The notes below the pieces were generated by a model, which saw only the letters and a program-made list of their open reading frames with translations, ran no database searches and was not told the DNA's origin. The position numbers and the translations under genes are program-made. A stretch of 64,000 nucleotides of DNA, taken from assembly GCA_030704615.1 (NCBI GenBank), contig CM060733.1, positions 71,052,001 to 71,116,000 of the forward strand, given 5' to 3'. The stretch is from Takakia lepidozioides (lineage: Eukaryota; Plantae; Bryophyta). Positions 28,191 to 42,204 of this stretch are shown here, piece by piece (position 1 is the first letter of the stretch; each line of letters opens with the position of its first letter).

Positions 28191-31100
28191 TGCACATACC
28201 ACTGCCAAGTTTGGGTCAATCCTTCCATCAACATTCGGAAGGTAATATGGCGCGCATTTACGCACATGGTCCTTCCAAGTCATGCCAGCCCGACCCTCCA
28301 AGATCAGGACTTCTAAGGGCAACACTTCTCGAGCCCTCAAGATAATACGTCCTACAGTCATATCCAAGGTCGTCGGAGCAGTCTGCTGCAGATAAACATA
28401 GTCACCAGGTGAAATCTCCGAACCCCAGGACGATAGCCCCTACTACGTATGGTAGCATATCTCAATGTATCACGATGTTATGCAATGGCAAGGTTCTCGA
28501 AAGCCATGGGCATGATTTTTTTGATCAACTCCGCACGCTGATTACAGGCACATGCCCACATGTCCGGATCGTCAAGGTTGAGGACTGGAGCAACGTCTCT
28601 ACGAATGGCTGCAGGCAAATCCGGCTCTTGGCCAAAAAGAAGGAAATATGGTGAGAAGGAGGCAAGTGATGTTTGTTTGTTGAACCTGTAGCCCATGACT
28701 AACCAAGGTAGCTGAAGCTCACAATCTCCAAGGTGTCTCTTCTGCAAGCCATACTTGCGCAAACCCCTCTTAACCGTCTGCACAACTTTTTCTACCAAGC
28801 CATCGGCCTCAGGATGGTCCAGAGAAGTGGTACGGTGGTCTATCAAGGCTTTGTCACACAATGCCTGAAACTCCCCCAAGAACTCTCTCTCTTGGTCCGT
28901 GAGTACCTCAGTTGGAGCACCGAATCGGCTAAGCACACGATCCAAGAATGCATACGCAGCCCCATCACTAGCCTTGTCAGACAATAGAACCAACTCAATC
29001 CATTTGGAGAAGTGCTCCACCATCACCAACATGTACTTGTTGTGGCGCATGGTCAGAGACAACGACCCTGCAAAGTCAAGACTTCACCTATAGCCCAATC
29101 CCATGATCGGAAGAGGGTGCAATTGTGGTGTAGGGGCATTGAATGAAGCATGCACCATGTCACACACCATGTACCTAGCCACAAATTGTTGCACCTCTGT
29201 GTGCATACCACGCCACCAGTACTGCCCCCGCAGTAAACTGTGAGTGCGTCGCACCCGAAAATGCCCCAACTCCTCATGGGCATGCCGCACTAACTGTGCC
29301 CGCTGTGTTGGGTGAGGAAAAATTCTCACTTGACCATCCTCCCACACTCGGAGCAGGTGCGTCCCTTCCCATTTGAACCTCTTGGCTCGTTGTAGGATCT
29401 GATCTCTCTCTTTGGCAGTCACAGTGGCTACTGTGTCTCAAATGCGGAGATAGTCCAACACAGCTGAATCCTCATGTATATCTCTGGCGCCACCGTGCTC
29501 ATCGTTGGCAGCCTCAGGGTCCTCAGACACTCGGTCTACAGTCATCCCTGTTGTAGGTCCAACCTGGCCTTCCACTGCCAAGATACACAGAAATGCAGAT
29601 GCGTGTCATCCCCTCGTCCGTCTCACCATGCCACCGAGCTCCAGTGTCATCCTGCTGGCTTGTGCATGGATTGCGACTCAACCCATCTGCATCCTAATTG
29701 ACTAAACTAGGTCGATGTACCACCTGAAAGTCATATTCTTGGAGTATGAGTGCCTACCGTGCAAGCTTCCCCGTAAGTTTGTCTGACTCCATCAACCACT
29801 TCAATGGCTGGTGATCCGTGACAAGGATGAAGAGGTTGTCGTATAGGTAGCACCTGAAGTGTGTCATGGCCCACACTACAACTAAGCACTCTCCCTCGTA
29901 GGAGCTGTGCTTTGCCTCTGCAGCGTTGTTCAAGCGGCTAGCATAAGCCACTACGAACTCTCTTCTCATCATCCACATGTGTGAGCACTGCTCCAAGCCC
30001 TAGCATGCTCTAATCTGTATGCAGCTGAAAAGGACGCCTCCTGATAGGTCGTCTCAAGATGGGTGCTGAGATCAACCTCGCCTTGAGCTCCTGAAAAGCT
30101 CGTTCCTGCTCATCTTCCCATTGCCACTTCTGGTCCACCTTGGTCAGCTTGGTTAGAGCCTTTGCAATAGCACTAGATCCCTTGACAAACCGTCGATATT
30201 AGTTTGCCAACCCCATAAAAGCCCGAACTCGGCTCACATCTGTGGAGTGTGGAATCTGTGCAATGGCCTCTACCTTAGTCTGATGTACCCCCAATTTTCC
30301 ATGATATATCATGTGACCCAGATATTCAATCTGGTTGTGGAAAAACTTGCACTTCTCCGGATATAACTTCAATCCGTGTGCTCTCAAGCGCTCAAATACC
30401 ACTTGAAGGTGTCTCTCATGCTCCTCCACCGTAGCACTGAAGATGATGATGTCATCTATGCAGCACCGAGCAAACTCCACCCCTGCCAAAATCATGTCCA
30501 TCACCCTCTAAGACTCTGCAGGAGTGTTCTTAAGCCCGAATGGTAAGAGTCGCCACCGGTATAGACAATCCTTGCCGTGCTCATTGATCCCCCAGAATGT
30601 CGTCTTCTGCTTGTCCGCCTCCTTGATCAGCAACTAGTGATATCCGGATCGCAAATCCAAAGTGCTAAAGACCTTAGCATGCCCAATGGTATCAAAGATC
30701 TCTTTCGGTGTTGGCATGACATACCTATCGGAGTTGGCCTGACGATTTACAGGTCAGTAATCCCCGCACATACATCTCTACGTCCAATTGTCATAGACAT
30801 CCTTCTTGGCTGGCATCATTGTGGCCGAAGCATACTCTCCACCAGATAGCTCCACTAAATCAACCTCCTAGAGGTCCTCAGTCCTCATCTGGATCAAGGA
30901 CCTCTCCATGTCACTGTATCTATAGGGTCTCCGAAAGGTTGGCATGTCAGTGGCCAGTTCTCAATACGAATTTCCTGACCTGCTTCCAAGTCCTTCAAAC
31001 TGAAGGCAAAGCAGTTTCTGTAAGCCCTCAAGAACCGCCGTATACGTCGTCTCTCTCCTCCGGTGACAATGGGTCCATCGTCAGGCTCCTAGTTGTCCTC

Positions 31101-31469
31101 CGTAACTGAAACCTTAAGTCTAGCAGACTCAGAGGTAGGAGACGCGTCTCGTGGTTGCTATGCTGCAACCTCTTGAGCAGTGACCACTACCTGCTCTATC
31201 AGTGACAAGGCCTCATCCTGCCCCATCATTCATTCCTTGAGGACTTCCTCAACCCGAGAAAAATCCCCAACATCATCCATCACCGCCGCCTTGGCTGCCA
31301 ACTCCTGTTGAACCTCGAGCACCTCCCACGTGTGCCATGGATGCCTGCATCTTGTGGTCCTCACCTAGTCGCCCCTACTCGCTGCTTGTACCGTCTCGAT
31401 AGGTAGAAAGACCATCAAGGGAAGTGTACTCCGCACTCTGCGCTGCTCAGCCATAGCCAAGCTGATAAT

Positions 31470-32431
31470 CCAGGTTAAGCAATTGAGATCCATTGCTTGC
31501 CCCAACACCTGACAACGTGATGCCTCAGAAAAAAGATGGCACCGTCATGGTACCAGTGATAAAACCCATCGCACGCTCACGCTCGTCGGCATTGGGCTCC
31601 ACTAACTGTTGTAACTGAGCATCCCACAGGAGGCCGGGTCCACTATCCCGGAAAGCATGAGATCCAAGAAAGCTAAACAGTGTAGGTAGTGTTGTTCGTG
31701 GTTGACCCATCATGTTGACCACTACCAAAGGCGAACAGTCATCGTGTCGCACTCATTGAGACTGCCTCCATGTGTCCAAGATGTTATCCACTGTCGGGTG
31801 TGCTGCCGTTGCACCCCATCAAATGCATGCTTTGAGCAGTGCGGGTGGGCATCAAGTTGGTCCACCATAGCCGTGGACGATGAGCCCGTGATCCCACTCC
31901 AGCTGCATCCAACAACACTGCTGATTCAAGCCAAGACCGGACTTGATGCACCCTGGCCATCACCTTGGCCCGAGAATCACCCATCAATGGCACATTCTCC
32001 AAGATATATGCCGGAGAGTTTGTCTGCTGAAACTGTAAATAGCGCAGGACCCTCAGCATCTCCCAAAACAGGCGTGACCTCGAGTCTTGTAATCCATTGT
32101 CATGCCCGGCTGATGAATGCCCTTGGCAGGGCCAACCTGCCACTACCAAATGAATAGGGCCAACCCGCTCCAAATCATGCGCCCCCAGCAAAGAGATGTC
32201 TGCTGACAAGGCTTGCTGGTATCCACGAACTGCAGACGCCGGCAACAAATCAGGGTACTGCTGCACCAATTGAGCAACATGGCGCAGTGAGACACATCGT
32301 GCAGTCTCATCCCTCTCCACATACAGGTAACGCCGAACTCGTACACCTACCTGCAGCACCGCAGCCAATCCAGTGCTGATCCCGCCAAACAAGTCCACAA
32401 GACATATGCCTTCATCCAGGCACTGCCACAC
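31470..32431 (-). pseudogene. Retrotransposon-encoded DNMT3-like C5 cytosine methyltransferase domain (copy 1)
   Basis: Motif I VDLFGGISTG, II YVERD, IV AGWPCQGHS, VI YILENV, VIII AHRPRLWWTNL, IX ERERAMGF..GT, X RCQVLGQAMD. Frameshifts occur in the TRD region. Confidence 0.9.
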
Positions 32432-34444
32432 AATAGGTGCACAGTGTCCAATGGCGATAACTGAGGTGGTCCTGGTGCAATCACCACACTCTCCTCCTCT
32501 CCTGACGGTACAAAGGCCTCTACCCAGGCTTGTTGCACCCGTCTATCAGCAGCCTACTACAAATCCTTGCTCGTGCCCCACAAAGGAGTGTGAGCAACCA
32601 TGGCAGGCAATTCCACCGTACCATGCATATCATACTGCTTTGCTGGAGGTGACATATCACCTGCATGAGCATTGCCTTCTAGCAAATCTCCAGGCCAACT
32701 CACTGCACCTGTGAAGGCTGCTAGTGTTGGCATCTTGCCCCGCTGGGCAGCTGCAACACCCCCAATGAATATCACGGGGAGTTGCACACGCTGGCCATCC
32801 CCTGACTGTCATCCAGGCCTATATGAGGCTGATTCCTCCCAAAAATCCAGGGTGAAGCCCATGGGGTACAATACTGTCCCACCAACCAAGACATCGTAAG
32901 AGACCGCGTTTATCACAATGCCTTGGCTCGCATCATTGAGCCATCTGTAGGGTGATCCAGCTGTAGTCTAATGACCAACTCACGCCGTGTCGTGCCCCAA
33001 GCCTGCTCTGATCCTCCCAGAGATGTCTGTATCTAGAAAAGACAAGACTCCATATCCGCTTCCATGAGGCCCAAACCTGCAATAGCAGCTCTGCCTAGCA
33101 TCAGTGGCTGGAGCTCTCGAGTCCAACAAGACCCGCACTGGCCGGTACCTCCTGCCTGTCGGTCCACTCAAAGAGAAAATACCCTCCTGCTTGTCTAACA
33201 AGACAACTCCAGGTATCACCAGCAGACGCGCTCAGTGGCTGGACTAGCTGGCAGCTCCATCAGTCTGGCAGCTGCAACTTGTCATGGCGCAGCCGTGGCA
33301 GTCTGGACCCTCAAATCTGAGGATCCCTCCGCCACTACACCTTCCACTAACTCCGCAGAAGATGAAGTGACCTCCCTTACACTCTCACAGAGTGTAGCTG
33401 CTAGTCTAAACACTGCAGCTGGTCGTACCCCCGGCGTTGCAATCATGGTCGCCGAGAACAATGGAGCCTGACACACAGATGTGGCCCCGCCCCTAGCAGC
33501 ACACTAGCTGCACTAACCTTGGCAGCATCTTGGTTGGTTTAAATCAGCAGTTGAAGGTGTTGGTAGGAAGTTAGTTGGAAGTGTTTGGAGTGCTGGAGTT
33601 AACTGGAAGTCAGCCGGAAGTTTTGGCTGAATGTGAAAGTTAGCAAGGGAGACCTCCTGTGGTAGTTAATTACACTTGTTGGTATGTGCAGGATTTCATG
33701 GTCGGAGCTCAAACCATTCTGGATGTGAAAAGCGACACCACTTGTATTCACCTCCGACCGGACCTAGAATTTCTGGACAAGAGTGTTCATGAGATGGGAG
33801 AAGGGCGAGCTCATTGACCCCAAAGGGAATATCCCCATGAAAGAGCAGCCAGCGCTCAAGAAATCTAGCGTTGCTCTTTAAACAAAGCAGCCCGGCTTTT
33901 TACCATCACGGGTACCCAAGTGGCTGCAGCAAATCGTACATTGCAGCCCCCTTGTTTAATGTTTAACCTAGCAGAGGGTAGGCAAAGTACACTAAGGCCC
34001 AAAAATCAGATGTGTGTCCTACACAAACCATCATAGGCTCGGTTGTTGCAGCAAAACATGGGCCTTCCATTTGCTTGGAAGAAATTGCCCACCATAAATA
34101 GCACCATACTGTTCTTCAAAGATAAAACAAAGAGGTAGGATCAAGAAAAACCATAGAGTAGTTTAGTTTTTCAACATTTTAAGATGAATCCATGGCTAGC
34201 AACCACCTCCATAGTTCTGCAACCCATTTGGCATCTTGCAACACCTAGCATTCAGCATATTAAGTGGAAGCCCTCACCTGTGCCCGTCCCAAAAACAACC
34301 ACAAAGCGTTGTGAGTTAGTGAGGATGCACGAGGTGAATGACAGACTTCCACACTTGCTATCGAGGTCAAATACACATGAAACTAAGTACAGAGAACACC
34401 ATCAATCGCAGGGAATCAACACAAATAGAAAATAGAACATTTTT

Positions 34445-34860
34445 AACTATTTGGGGGATGGTAGCCATTGCTCCACAAACAAAGACATATCAGCCACTTT
34501 TCAGTGGCACCATCCATCAGCCCCTAAGGAAAAAACCAGAATCAGCATTGATTAATAACAAGGGTATTATTAGGTCTACCCTTCACAAAGCCAGAAAGTG
34601 AGAACATAAGCAGGATTCAGATAACCAAATGGTACTTACAGAATGATCCCTTAAGAATCCAAGGTTGCAACAAAGCTAAGTGGAAGACTTTGTTCTGAAA
34701 ATTTCAAAGGTATGGGTGGGATGGTGGGATATCTTAGTAAAAAAAAGACAAATCAGCCACTTTTCAATGGCACCATCCATCAATACCTTAAGAAAAAAAC
34801 CCGAACCAGCTTCAAATATTATCAAGGGTATACACAAGTAAGTCCTTGATAGAAACCATA
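34445..34860. repeat. Imperfect ~150-bp direct duplication in AT-rich spacer between copies 1 and 2
   Basis: ATCAGCCACTTTTCA.TGGCACCATCCATCA...AAAAAACC occurs at ~34488-34540 and ~34752-34805. GGTATGGGTGGGATGGTGGGAT is also duplicated (34709, 34921). Confidence 0.6.
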
Positions 34861-35499
34861 GAGAGTAAATACCAGCAGATACTAGCAGATACAATCAAAT
34901 ACCAGCAGGTACCTTTCCAAGGTATGGGTGGGATGGTGGGATCTCATCCACTTCCTGCTCTCATATTTTTGAAAGGGTATACATAGGCATCAAACAGTTT
35001 AGTAAAGTAACTTTCTACATCACTGTGTTGCAGGTTATCATAACCCCTCGTCTGATCTTAAAAGAGTATTTACCTTAAGGCCTAAGTACTTTGATAAAGC
35101 CAGCATGGTATCATACTGGTATTATGCCTCTGAAAGGTCTAAGCATCAGGTGTTGATGCTTATGTATGCAGATTGGTATAAGTACTATGGGCCATGGTAC
35201 AACTATATCATAGCAGATGCATCTGAAGATCAAACACACAGGTGTATAGTACAATTTTACACCTTATCTTATGTGTTGATGAGATTATCAAAAACACATG
35301 AGCTGCACATCAAAAAAAGAAGGAGCCAAGATACCTCAGAATTACACAATCCATATGCCAGTATCAGTTTAAACTGGTATTAAATGAATCCCTGGAAAAT
35401 TGTAGGCATCAGTCATTGATGCATATTTTTCCAAGTTTGCTAAGTACCTTAAACTCAGGCAGCAGTTAATGGTATTGAAAAGACTATACTGAAAGTTTT

Positions 35500-38400
35500 A
35501 TAAGAGGGCTGAACGCTTGATAAACGTAACCCAAGGGGTTATAGAAGCTCAAGCAGTCCAGTTCTGGTATGGGATCCTGGACAAGGAGCTGAGGAGAAGG
35601 GTGCGGGATGCAACTCTCCTACAAGTGGACCAACCCACCCTAGCAAATGTGTTTTTGCTGGCAGAGCGGATAGAGCTCAATATGGTGGAGGAGCGAGTGG
35701 TTATGGTGGGGTTTGGCAAGGAGACACAACGAAGTGGGGCTCCTAGCCAACAACAACCACTACCCCAACGTGTTCAAGGCAACAAGGGGGCTCAGGTGAA
35801 GCCCAGGGAATGACAGAGAGGATCTCAGATGCAGAGGTCTCTTCCTTCATTCTCAGGCCAACAACAGTCGAGTGTGACTTGTTGGGATGGTGGAGGACCC
35901 CATGTCAAGAAGAATTGCCCGGAGAGAGGCAAAGGGTCGGCACAGGCACAGCCTACACAACTACAGTGTGGGCATTGTGGAAAGTATGGGCATGAGGAGG
36001 CCCATTGTTATGACTTGCATCCTGAGCTACGGCCAGGCCAGTTCCAAGGGAACAATGGTGGCCGATGACGAGGCAATGTAGTCCAGAGGGTGAGGAGGCA
36101 GAGGTCGTGGTGGAGTCGTAACCAAACCAAGGAGCACAGGATCACGGTCAAGGTCATGACCAAGGCATGGTAGATAGGCTTGCCCAGCTAGAGCAACGTC
36201 TTGCTACCATGGCCACTACTCATGTTGCGCCAGCTCCAAGGCCTGAGGTTCAAGCCCCACCTCCACAACCTCTTATGCCTAGGGAAGACCAGATTGGTAT
36301 GGGCTTCATGTGTAGAGCCGCACTTGCAGGACCATGCATGTGGACTCTGCAGCTGCTATCACTCGAGCAGCAACGCGTGCTCCTGAGCCAAGATGAGCGG
36401 AATCCGGATGTGGATTTTGATCCACAAAGAGGGGAAGCAAGTCGGCAGACAAAGCTTCCACAGTCTTTCACATTGGCTAGATAGTGCCAACTATGCCATT
36501 GATAGCACCTGCTCGCCCAAGTGTGTCAGAGGTAGAGCCACGAGTGCCATTGGGAGAGTTGGTATGGCTCGGGAATGCCATGGGTGGTACTGCAAGCAAG
36601 GTGCAGCCAGTACAATTGTCGGGGCGGCTATGGCATTTGCCAGGCTCCATTGTTTTCTGCCACGACAATTGCAATGTTGGGGATGCGGCCAGCTGCAGTG
36701 TTTAGACTAGCAGCTGCACTCTATGAGAGTGGTGATGCATCGACACTATTTGCGGGGATAGCGGATCAGTGGCAGTGCATGGATGCCCTGGATTCAAGGG
36801 TGAAGACAGCCACAGCGCCATGGCAAGTGGCAGCTGCAAGGTTGCAAGAGTTGCCAGCTAGACCAGCCATTGAGCGTAGTATGGTGACTCCTGGGGTAGT
36901 CCTGGTGGACAATCAGGATGGTGTGTTTCATTGGGTGCCCCAGCCAGGGAGGGAGGAGGTATAGGCCACTACGGGTCTTGTTGGACTCGGAGCATAGCCA
37001 TTGATGTTAGGGAAGCAACAATTGCAGGCTTGGGCCTTACAGAGGCAGATGGAGCCTTGCCCTTTCCAAATTCAAACATCTTTGGGCGGTTAAGAGAAGG
37101 CACGAGGGATTACCCGCCATGAGCTCTTCATTCGATTGCAACCAGATCATCCTACAGATGGCTCTGTCATGAGAGCTAAAGCCATTATTACGGACGCGAT
37201 GTCTTATGATGTGCTTGTTGGTGGGGCTGTGTTATACCCGATGGGCTTTGCTTTGGACTTTTGGGAGGAAACGGCATCCTATAGGCCAGAATGGCAGTTA
37301 GGGGATGGTCGACGCGCACTGCTCCCTGTGGTTTATTGGAATGTAGCGGTGGATCATAGGAACATGATGCCCACATTGGCTGCATTCCAGGGTGTGGCTT
37401 GGGGTGGTGAGCTCTTGGAGGGCAATAGCAATGCAGATGATAGGCCACCCCCTAATGAGGACAAACAATTGGCCTACAAGGCTGATTTGCTCCTCATGTG
37501 CCTGTTCATATTCCACTGTGGGTACAGTTGGGAATTTGCATCGAGTCGCAGCGAGTGTGTGCCCCAAGCATGGCAGGAGGCCTATCCATTGGTGAGTGAG
37601 GGGAGTTCAGTGACATCACATGGACCTCCTTAGTTTGCTCCTTTGGATACAATGCCTATTACATGATCAACCACCGGACTCAGGGATTTGTTTGCTAGAC
37701 CTATTTGGAGGCATGAGCACGTGTACTTTGTAGGAGTGTTGCAAGCTGGGATTAAAGTACAAAAGTACTTGTATGTGGAAAGGATGAGATAGCTCGGCGT
37801 ATTTCTATGCACCACGTTGCCTTGCTCACACACCAGTACCCTGAGTTGCTGCCTCTCTCAACAATTCAAGGGTACCAAAAGGCCTTGCCAGCAGACATTA
37901 CCATGCCGGGGCGGATGATTTGGACCAGCATGGTGCCATTGGACTTGGTGATAGCTGGATGGCCTTGCCAAGGACACTCTCCCGCAGGTCATGGGAATGG
38001 CTGTGCATGATGCACATCGCTTTTTTTGGGAGAGGTTGCGAGTGTTGCGGGACTTGCATACGAGGCAAGTGCAACCTCTAGGCTATATCTTGGAGAATGC
38101 TCCTCTTATGGGGGATTCTCAGGCCAGGGTGCATCAGGTGCGGTCTTGGATTGGATCGGCAGTGCTATTGGATGCAGCACATCGGTGGGATCACGCTCGC
38201 ATCGACCTCGATTGTGGTGGACCAATCTTGCACCACTAGAGCTGGCTCAGAGAGCATATGATTCCATTCAACGGCCACCCAATCTCACGGTTGAGGGCAT
38301 TTTGGACCAGGGAGGCAACCACAGAGGGTGCGACATGATGACCGTCCCCCTCTAGAGTGGTCAATCGAGTGGGGTAGCCACGTACAGCCTTGTCCTACGC

Positions 38401-41400
38401 TCATGAGCTTTCCCTCGTCTCATGCTTTTTGAGACAATGGTCCTGGGTTGATTTGGGACAGTGTGCTACAACAATTGGTGGAGCCCAATGCGGATGAGCG
38501 CGAGCGGGCAATGGGATTTGCCACGGGCACTACAGCTGTGCCAGCTCTGTCAGAGGCATCACGACGCCAGGTGTTGGGTTAGGCAATGGATCTCAAATTG
38601 CTTGACATGGGTTCATTGGCTTGTGCATGGCTGAGCACGGAGATTGCAAGCATTGGGGGCTACTTCTGTACTTCCATTGGATATTGCACCATCTCTGCCA
38701 ACCAGGATGGTGAGGCAGTGAGTGGGGGCGAGCACAGGATCCTGGGGTGCAACACCCCTGGCAATTGGGATGAGATGCAGAAAGAGAGAGTCATTGGATC
38801 TCTCAGCAGCAATATGAGGAGTGGGGAGAGCCATACCTGAATATCAGTGAGAGGCCAAGGTGGCCAATGGTTTTTAAAAGAGTTGAGAATGTTTCTTTGT
38901 CTCAAAAGGATGTTCTTCAAGGTGGCTATGGCGGAGCAAGTGGAGGCTATGCCCAATAAATTGGGTGGACAAGGCCCAAGAGGTTGCTATCTAGCACACC
39001 AAAGGATTCATCCCTACCTCCAAGCCTGGTGTACCAGGTTGTAGTCACTGAGGACAATTGGGAACCAGATGTTGGACCGACAGTCACCGGAGGAGAGAGA
39101 CGGAGGATCCACCAGGATTTCTAAGGGCTTATAGAATTGCTTTGCCTTCGGTTTGAGGGATGTGGGGAGTTTGAAGGGTCAGAGATTCGTATTGATTTGG
39201 GCAAGTGACCCGCCAATCTTTCGAAGGCCCTACCGGTATAGTAACATGGAGAGGTCATTGATCCAGTCAGACAGGATTCAAGCGGGTTCAACACACACTT
39301 AATAGCAGAATCGTCAATGAGTAGAGTGTTACTAGTTCTTACCGTTCGTCTGAAGAAGCTCCTGCAGAGTTCAGAGGGTCATGGATAGGATTCTCGCGGG
39401 CTAGACTTTGCCCGGTGCTACTTGATGACATCATCGTCTTTAGTGCTACGGTTGAGGAGCATGAGAGACACGCTTCATTGGTTGTTTGATGCGCTTGAGA
39501 GCGCACGGGTTGAAATTGCACCCTGGAAGTGTCAAGTTCTCACAACCAGATTGAGTATCTGGCACAAGATATACCCTGGAGGATTGGGTGTTCAAAAGAC
39601 GAAGGTGGAGGCAACTGCACGCATTCCACGCCCCATAGATGTTAGCAGAGTTCGTGCTTTTATGGGGTTGACAAACTACTATCGACGGTTTGTCAAGGGA
39701 TTTAGCAGCATTGCAAAGGCTCTTACCAATTTTACCAAGGTGGGTCAGGAGTGGCAGTGGGAGGAGGACAGAAGGAAGACTTGAGGAACTCAAGGCTCGA
39801 TTGACTTCTGCACCTATTCTGAGGCGGCCTATTTGGGGGCGGCCCTTTCCAGCTACATACGGATTGGAGTATGCTGGAATTGGAGCAGTGCTCACACAGG
39901 TGGATGACGAGGGACAAGAGTTCGTAGTGGCATATGCCACAGCCATCTCGAACATGATGCCGAGGCGAAGTATAGCTCATATGAAGGGGAGTGTCTAGCT
40001 GTGGTATGGGCAGTGGCACATTTCAGATGCTACCTCTATGGCAACCTCTTCGCCCTTGTCACGGATCACCAACCATTGAAGTGGTTGATGGAGTCAGACA
40101 AGCTTACAAGGAAGCTTGCACAGTGGGCACTTATGCTTCAAGAGTACGACTTCCAGGTGGTGCATCAAGCCGGTATAGTCAATCGGGATGCAGATGGGTT
40201 GAGTCGTAATCCATACACGAGCGAGCATGATGATACCGGAGCTCGGTGGCATGGTGAGACGGATGAGGAGATGGTGCCAGGATGACACACATCTGCCTTT
40301 TTGTGCATCCTAGCAATGGGAGCTCAAGCTGGTCCATCCCATAGCATTGGTCAAGTAGATGGTGTGCATGACAATCCGGAGATCAGTGAGGAGCTTGGTG
40401 GTGCTAAGGATGTGCATGAAGATGCAGCAGTGTTGGCCTACCTTCGTACAGGAGAGACAGCAGCCAGTGTGATTGCTAAGGAGAGAGATCGGATCCTACA
40501 ACGAGCCAAGAGGTTCAAGTGGGAAGGGACTCACCTACTCCGGGTATGGGAGGATGGACGAGTGAGGATTGTGCCTCATCCAACACAACGAGCGCGATTG
40601 GTATGCCATGCCTATGAGGAGTTGGGACATTTTGGGGTGCGGCGCACTCATAGTTTGCTGCAAGGGCAGTATTGGTGGCGGGGCATGCACATGGATGTGC
40701 AACAGTTAGTGGCAAGGTGCATGGTGTGTGATAGAGTGCGGGCTTTTTTCAACGCCCCTACTCCACAGTTGCATCCTTTACCCAGTTTGGGCTATCGTTG
40801 GAGTCTTGACTTCACAGGCCCATTGCCACTGACGATTCGCCATAACAAGTATGTGCTGGTGATGGTGGAACACTTCTCCAAATGGATTGAACTGGTGGCA
40901 TTGCCTGACAAGGCAAGTGAGGGGGCTGCGTATGCATTCTTAGATCGAGTGCTTAGCCATTTTGGTGCTCCAGCCGAGGTACTCACGGACCAGGGGAGAG
41001 AATTCTTGGGGGAGTTTCAGGCTTTGTGTGAGCAAGCCTTGATAGATCACCGCAATACTTCTCGGGATCATCCCGAGGCTGATGGCTTGGCGGAGAGAGT
41101 TGTTCAGACAGTCAAGAGAGGTTTGCGCAAGTACGGTTTTGCAGAAGGGACACCTAGGAGATTGGGACCTTCAACTGCCTTGGCTAGCTATGGGCTATAG
41201 GTTCAGCAAACAAGCTTCACTTGCCTCCTTCTCACCTTACTTTCTTCTCTTTGGCCGAGAGCCGGATTTGCCTACATCTATTCGTAGGGAGGCTGCAATA
41301 GTTCTCAACCTTGATGATCCGGATGTGTGGATACAAGCATGTGCCCAGCGGGTAGAATTGTTCAAGAGAGTCATGCCTATGGCTTTTGAGAACCTTGCTA

Positions 41401-42199
41401 TTGCCCAACACCGAGACACATTGAGGTATGCCACTGTACGTGGAGGGGGATATCGGCCAGGTGTTCGGCGTTTCCACCGTGGGGACTATGTGTATCTGCA
41501 ACAGACAGCGCCTACGACTTTGGATGTCACAGCAGGGCGTGCGATTCTAAGGGTCCGGGAGGTGTTGCCTTCAGGAGTGTTGATTCTGGAAGGTCGAGAT
41601 GGCATGGTATGGAAGGACCATGTACGCAACTGTGCACCATGTCACCTTCCACATGTGGATGAGAGGATAGATCCCAACCTTGCAGTGGTACCTGCAGGGT
41701 TGCGTTGCATGCTATGTGGGCATGCTGGTGATGCCGCAACCATGTTGGTGTGTGACAAATGCTCAAGGGGGTGGCACATGGGATGCTTGACACCGCCACT
41801 TGAGGAGGTTCCGAGTGGAGAATGGTTGTGTCCACGATGCCTTGGACATAGGTAGTGGGCTTGACAATGGTGGAGTTGCCAAGTGATCAAAGGTCTAGCT
41901 GGTAGGAGCTCAACGCCATGGATAATCAATTGAAGATCATGGATTGCAAGCAGCGATTAACGATGGGGCTCTCGTTGCACCCGGCCTCTTGATCCATATA
42001 CTTTAAAAAAAATTGGGACATGTGCGATTGAAGACCAAACGATGATCTTATTGAGATGGATACTTGTCAGCTATCCGGTGTTAGAGGGACCTATTCACCA
42101 GCTAGGGGGGCGATTGTGGCATAGCTTTCTAGGATTGTGTGCTTAGAATGTATGGTAGACAGCGATGTATATTGTGGCACGATGCTTAGGTGCACGACA
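35500..42199 (+). mobile_element. Ty3/gypsy-type retrotransposon copy 2 (5' truncated within gag): gag-PR-DNMT-RT(partly deleted)-RH-INT-PHD, PPT and 85-bp terminal repeat B
   Basis: gag QFWYGILDKELRRRVRD and knuckles; PR VLLDS; DNMT AGWPCQGHS/YILENA/HRPRLWWTNL (~37660-38620); integrase ORF 40301-41200 (HHCC, SLDF, TDQGREF, DGLAER); PHD 41705-41855; PPT AGCTAGGGGGGCGAT, then B at 42115-42199 (TGTGG...CGACA). Confidence 0.92.
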
Positions 42200-42204
42200 G
42201 AGTA

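Larger units (their letters stand above)
27031..33525 (-). mobile_element. Ty3/gypsy-type retrotransposon copy 1 (5' truncated): protease-DNMT-RT-RH-INT-PHD with 3' terminal repeats B-A-B
   Basis: Protease VLLDS (~33120); C5-MTase 31470-32431; RT PFGLKN/CIDDIIIF (~30200-30800); RNaseH VVAYASR...ECL...TDHQPLKWL (~29750-30030); integrase HEELGH..CDM, LTDQ-REF, DGLVEK (28480-29420); PHD 28038-28190; polypurine tract 27777-27791. Many stops and frameshifts. Confidence 0.92.

Noticed and set aside
31470-32431. Host DNMT3/DRM gene or bacterial restriction-modification contamination
   Set aside because: Intronless, embedded between protease and RT at the same position in two retroelement copies, with plant flanks and no endonuclease partner.
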